From NCBI GenBank assembly GCA_026225415.1, contig JAMFSS010000002.1, positions 25,915 through 89,914 of the forward strand: DNA of 64,000 nucleotides. The letters are read 5' to 3'. Positions 62,096-64,000 of this stretch are shown in pieces. Numbering within the stretch: the first letter of the stretch is position 1; each line of letters starts with the position of its first letter. The translations under genes were made by a program, and so were the position numbers. This DNA comes from Alphaproteobacteria bacterium (GTDB taxonomy: Bacteria > Pseudomonadota > Alphaproteobacteria > UBA9219). The notes below the pieces were generated by a model, which was not told the DNA's origin, searched no databases, and saw only the letters and a list, made by a program, of their open reading frames with translations.

Positions 62096-63136
62096 TCAAT
62101 GTTGCGGAGGGGTTTCGCCAGCCAACAGGCACACGACGCAGTTGCGGCCTGTCTGCTTGGCTTTGTACAACGCGGCATCGGCGCGGGCGATTAAGGCATC
62201 GCGGTCTTCGCCCGCCGTAAATTGCGCGGCGCCGATGGAAACTGTCACCGCGCCCAAATCTTGCTGCGACCCGCGTTTGCGGATGCGTTTGCTTTCCAAA
62301 CTGCTGCGCAGCTGGTTGCCGACGCGTTCCGCGTCTTGCAAACGGGTTTGCGGCAGAAGGATAACAAATTCTTCGCCGCCGAAACGGGCGATAACGTCGC
62401 GGCCCTTTAAATTTTCGACCAATGTTTTGGCCACCAGCGTCAAAACCTGATCGCCCAGTAAATGCCCATGCGTGTCGTTGAATTTTTTGAAATGATCGAC
62501 ATCAACCATTAACAAAGACAGGTTTGCATTTTCGCCCGTCGCTTCGGCCAATTTGACCGCCACTTCGCGTTCAAAAAATTTGCGGTTGCCGACTCCCGTT
62601 AATCCGTCGATCTGCGCTTCTTTATGCACGCGGTCGAAATCGGCGCGCATATCGCCCAATTGTTTGGTGGTGGTTTCCAACTCGATTTGCAGTTTCTGGT
62701 TTTGCGCGGTCACATGTTTGGTTTCTGCGGCAATTTTAACAATCGCGTCGCGCAAAACCTCGGCCGAATTTTCGCCCGATAATTTGCCGGAAAAACTGTC
62801 CAGATCGGCGCCGAATTTATGGGTGTCTTTGGCTGAAACGCTAATCAAATCCAAAACTTTTTTCAACTCGGCATCGATGGCATGGCTGGCGCTTTGCAGA
62901 AAATCGGCGCTGGTATTATTTGACAAAAACTTGGCATAGATTTGCGTGCATTGTTCTTGTGTAATTGCCCCCGCGCCAACCGCCGCATCGAAGGCAGCGT
63001 TAAGGCCCGGCGTATCGTTAGACAAATAACGAAAATAAACCGCGTAATTTTCGGGCGTGGGCTGCAAATTGTCCCTGGCCAGACGTTCCAACGCGCCACG
63101 CGATAAATTATTGACCTGTTGTTCTGTTGCCGCCAC
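62096..63136 (-). CDS. Diguanylate cyclase (coiled coil + GGDEF)
   Basis: DGLTGVGNR, DVDHFKKFNDTHGH, GGEEF; GGAG RBS before GTG 63136. Confidence 0.92.
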   Translation of the reverse strand: MAATEQQVNNLSRGALERLARDNLQPTPENYAVYFRYLSNDTPGLNAAFDAAVGAGAITQEQCTQIYAKFLSNNTSADFLQSASHAIDAELKKVLDLISVSAKDTHKFGADLDSFSGKLSGENSAEVLRDAIVKIAAETKHVTAQNQKLQIELETTTKQLGDMRADFDRVHKEAQIDGLTGVGNRKFFEREVAVKLAEATGENANLSLLMVDVDHFKKFNDTHGHLLGDQVLTLVAKTLVENLKGRDVIARFGGEEFVILLPQTRLQDAERVGNQLRSSLESKRIRKRGSQQDLGAVTVSIGAAQFTAGEDRDALIARADAALYKAKQTGRNCVVCLLAGETPPQH

Positions 63137-63217
63137 GATTAACTCCGTACACAAATTGTTCTCTTTGGATTACCAGCCCCGTGTCGCCCCGTCTATGTTT
63201 TGTTTTATGCCGTCATT

Positions 63218-64000
<783 letters not shown>

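Overview
Chromosomal window of an alphaproteobacterium (Rhodospirillales/Micavibrio-like gene content, about 50-55% GC by eye). Most of it is housekeeping: nrdAB, anmK/tyrS, two GT-C glycosyltransferases, MBL hydrolase-tatD, trmFO, transporters, tRNA-Tyr/rlmB, xerC-fsa/priA, a Zur-boxed metal ABC pair, a lipid A modification trio, smpB/slt, popZ-pcm/tRNA-Cys, xth-erpA/dgt, GlyRS-ppdK, rpoBC, epmA-uvrD-GGDEF-ligA. Short AT-richer orphan genes sit between these blocks. I see no CRISPR array, transposase, prophage or reverse transcriptase. The most notable observations are: (1) a dispersed palindromic repeat family with covarying stems, plus a 43-44 bp inverted-repeat unit nested in two different repeat types; (2) a strong sigma70 promoter followed by a ~160-nt rod-shaped, 6S-like RNA candidate; (3) a single-subunit (alpha2-type) GlyRS in the usual glyQ-glyS position before ppdK, with an AT-rich in-frame segment; (4) an rpoC frameshift close to the cyanobacterial rpoC1/rpoC2 split point, most likely a sequencing error; (5) a secreted NSGN-repeat protein followed by a 1057-aa L,D-transpeptidase-like fusion; (6) a Tat-exported helical orphan divergent from rpoB. 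All family calls come from motifs recognised by eye; no database searches or folding programs were run.
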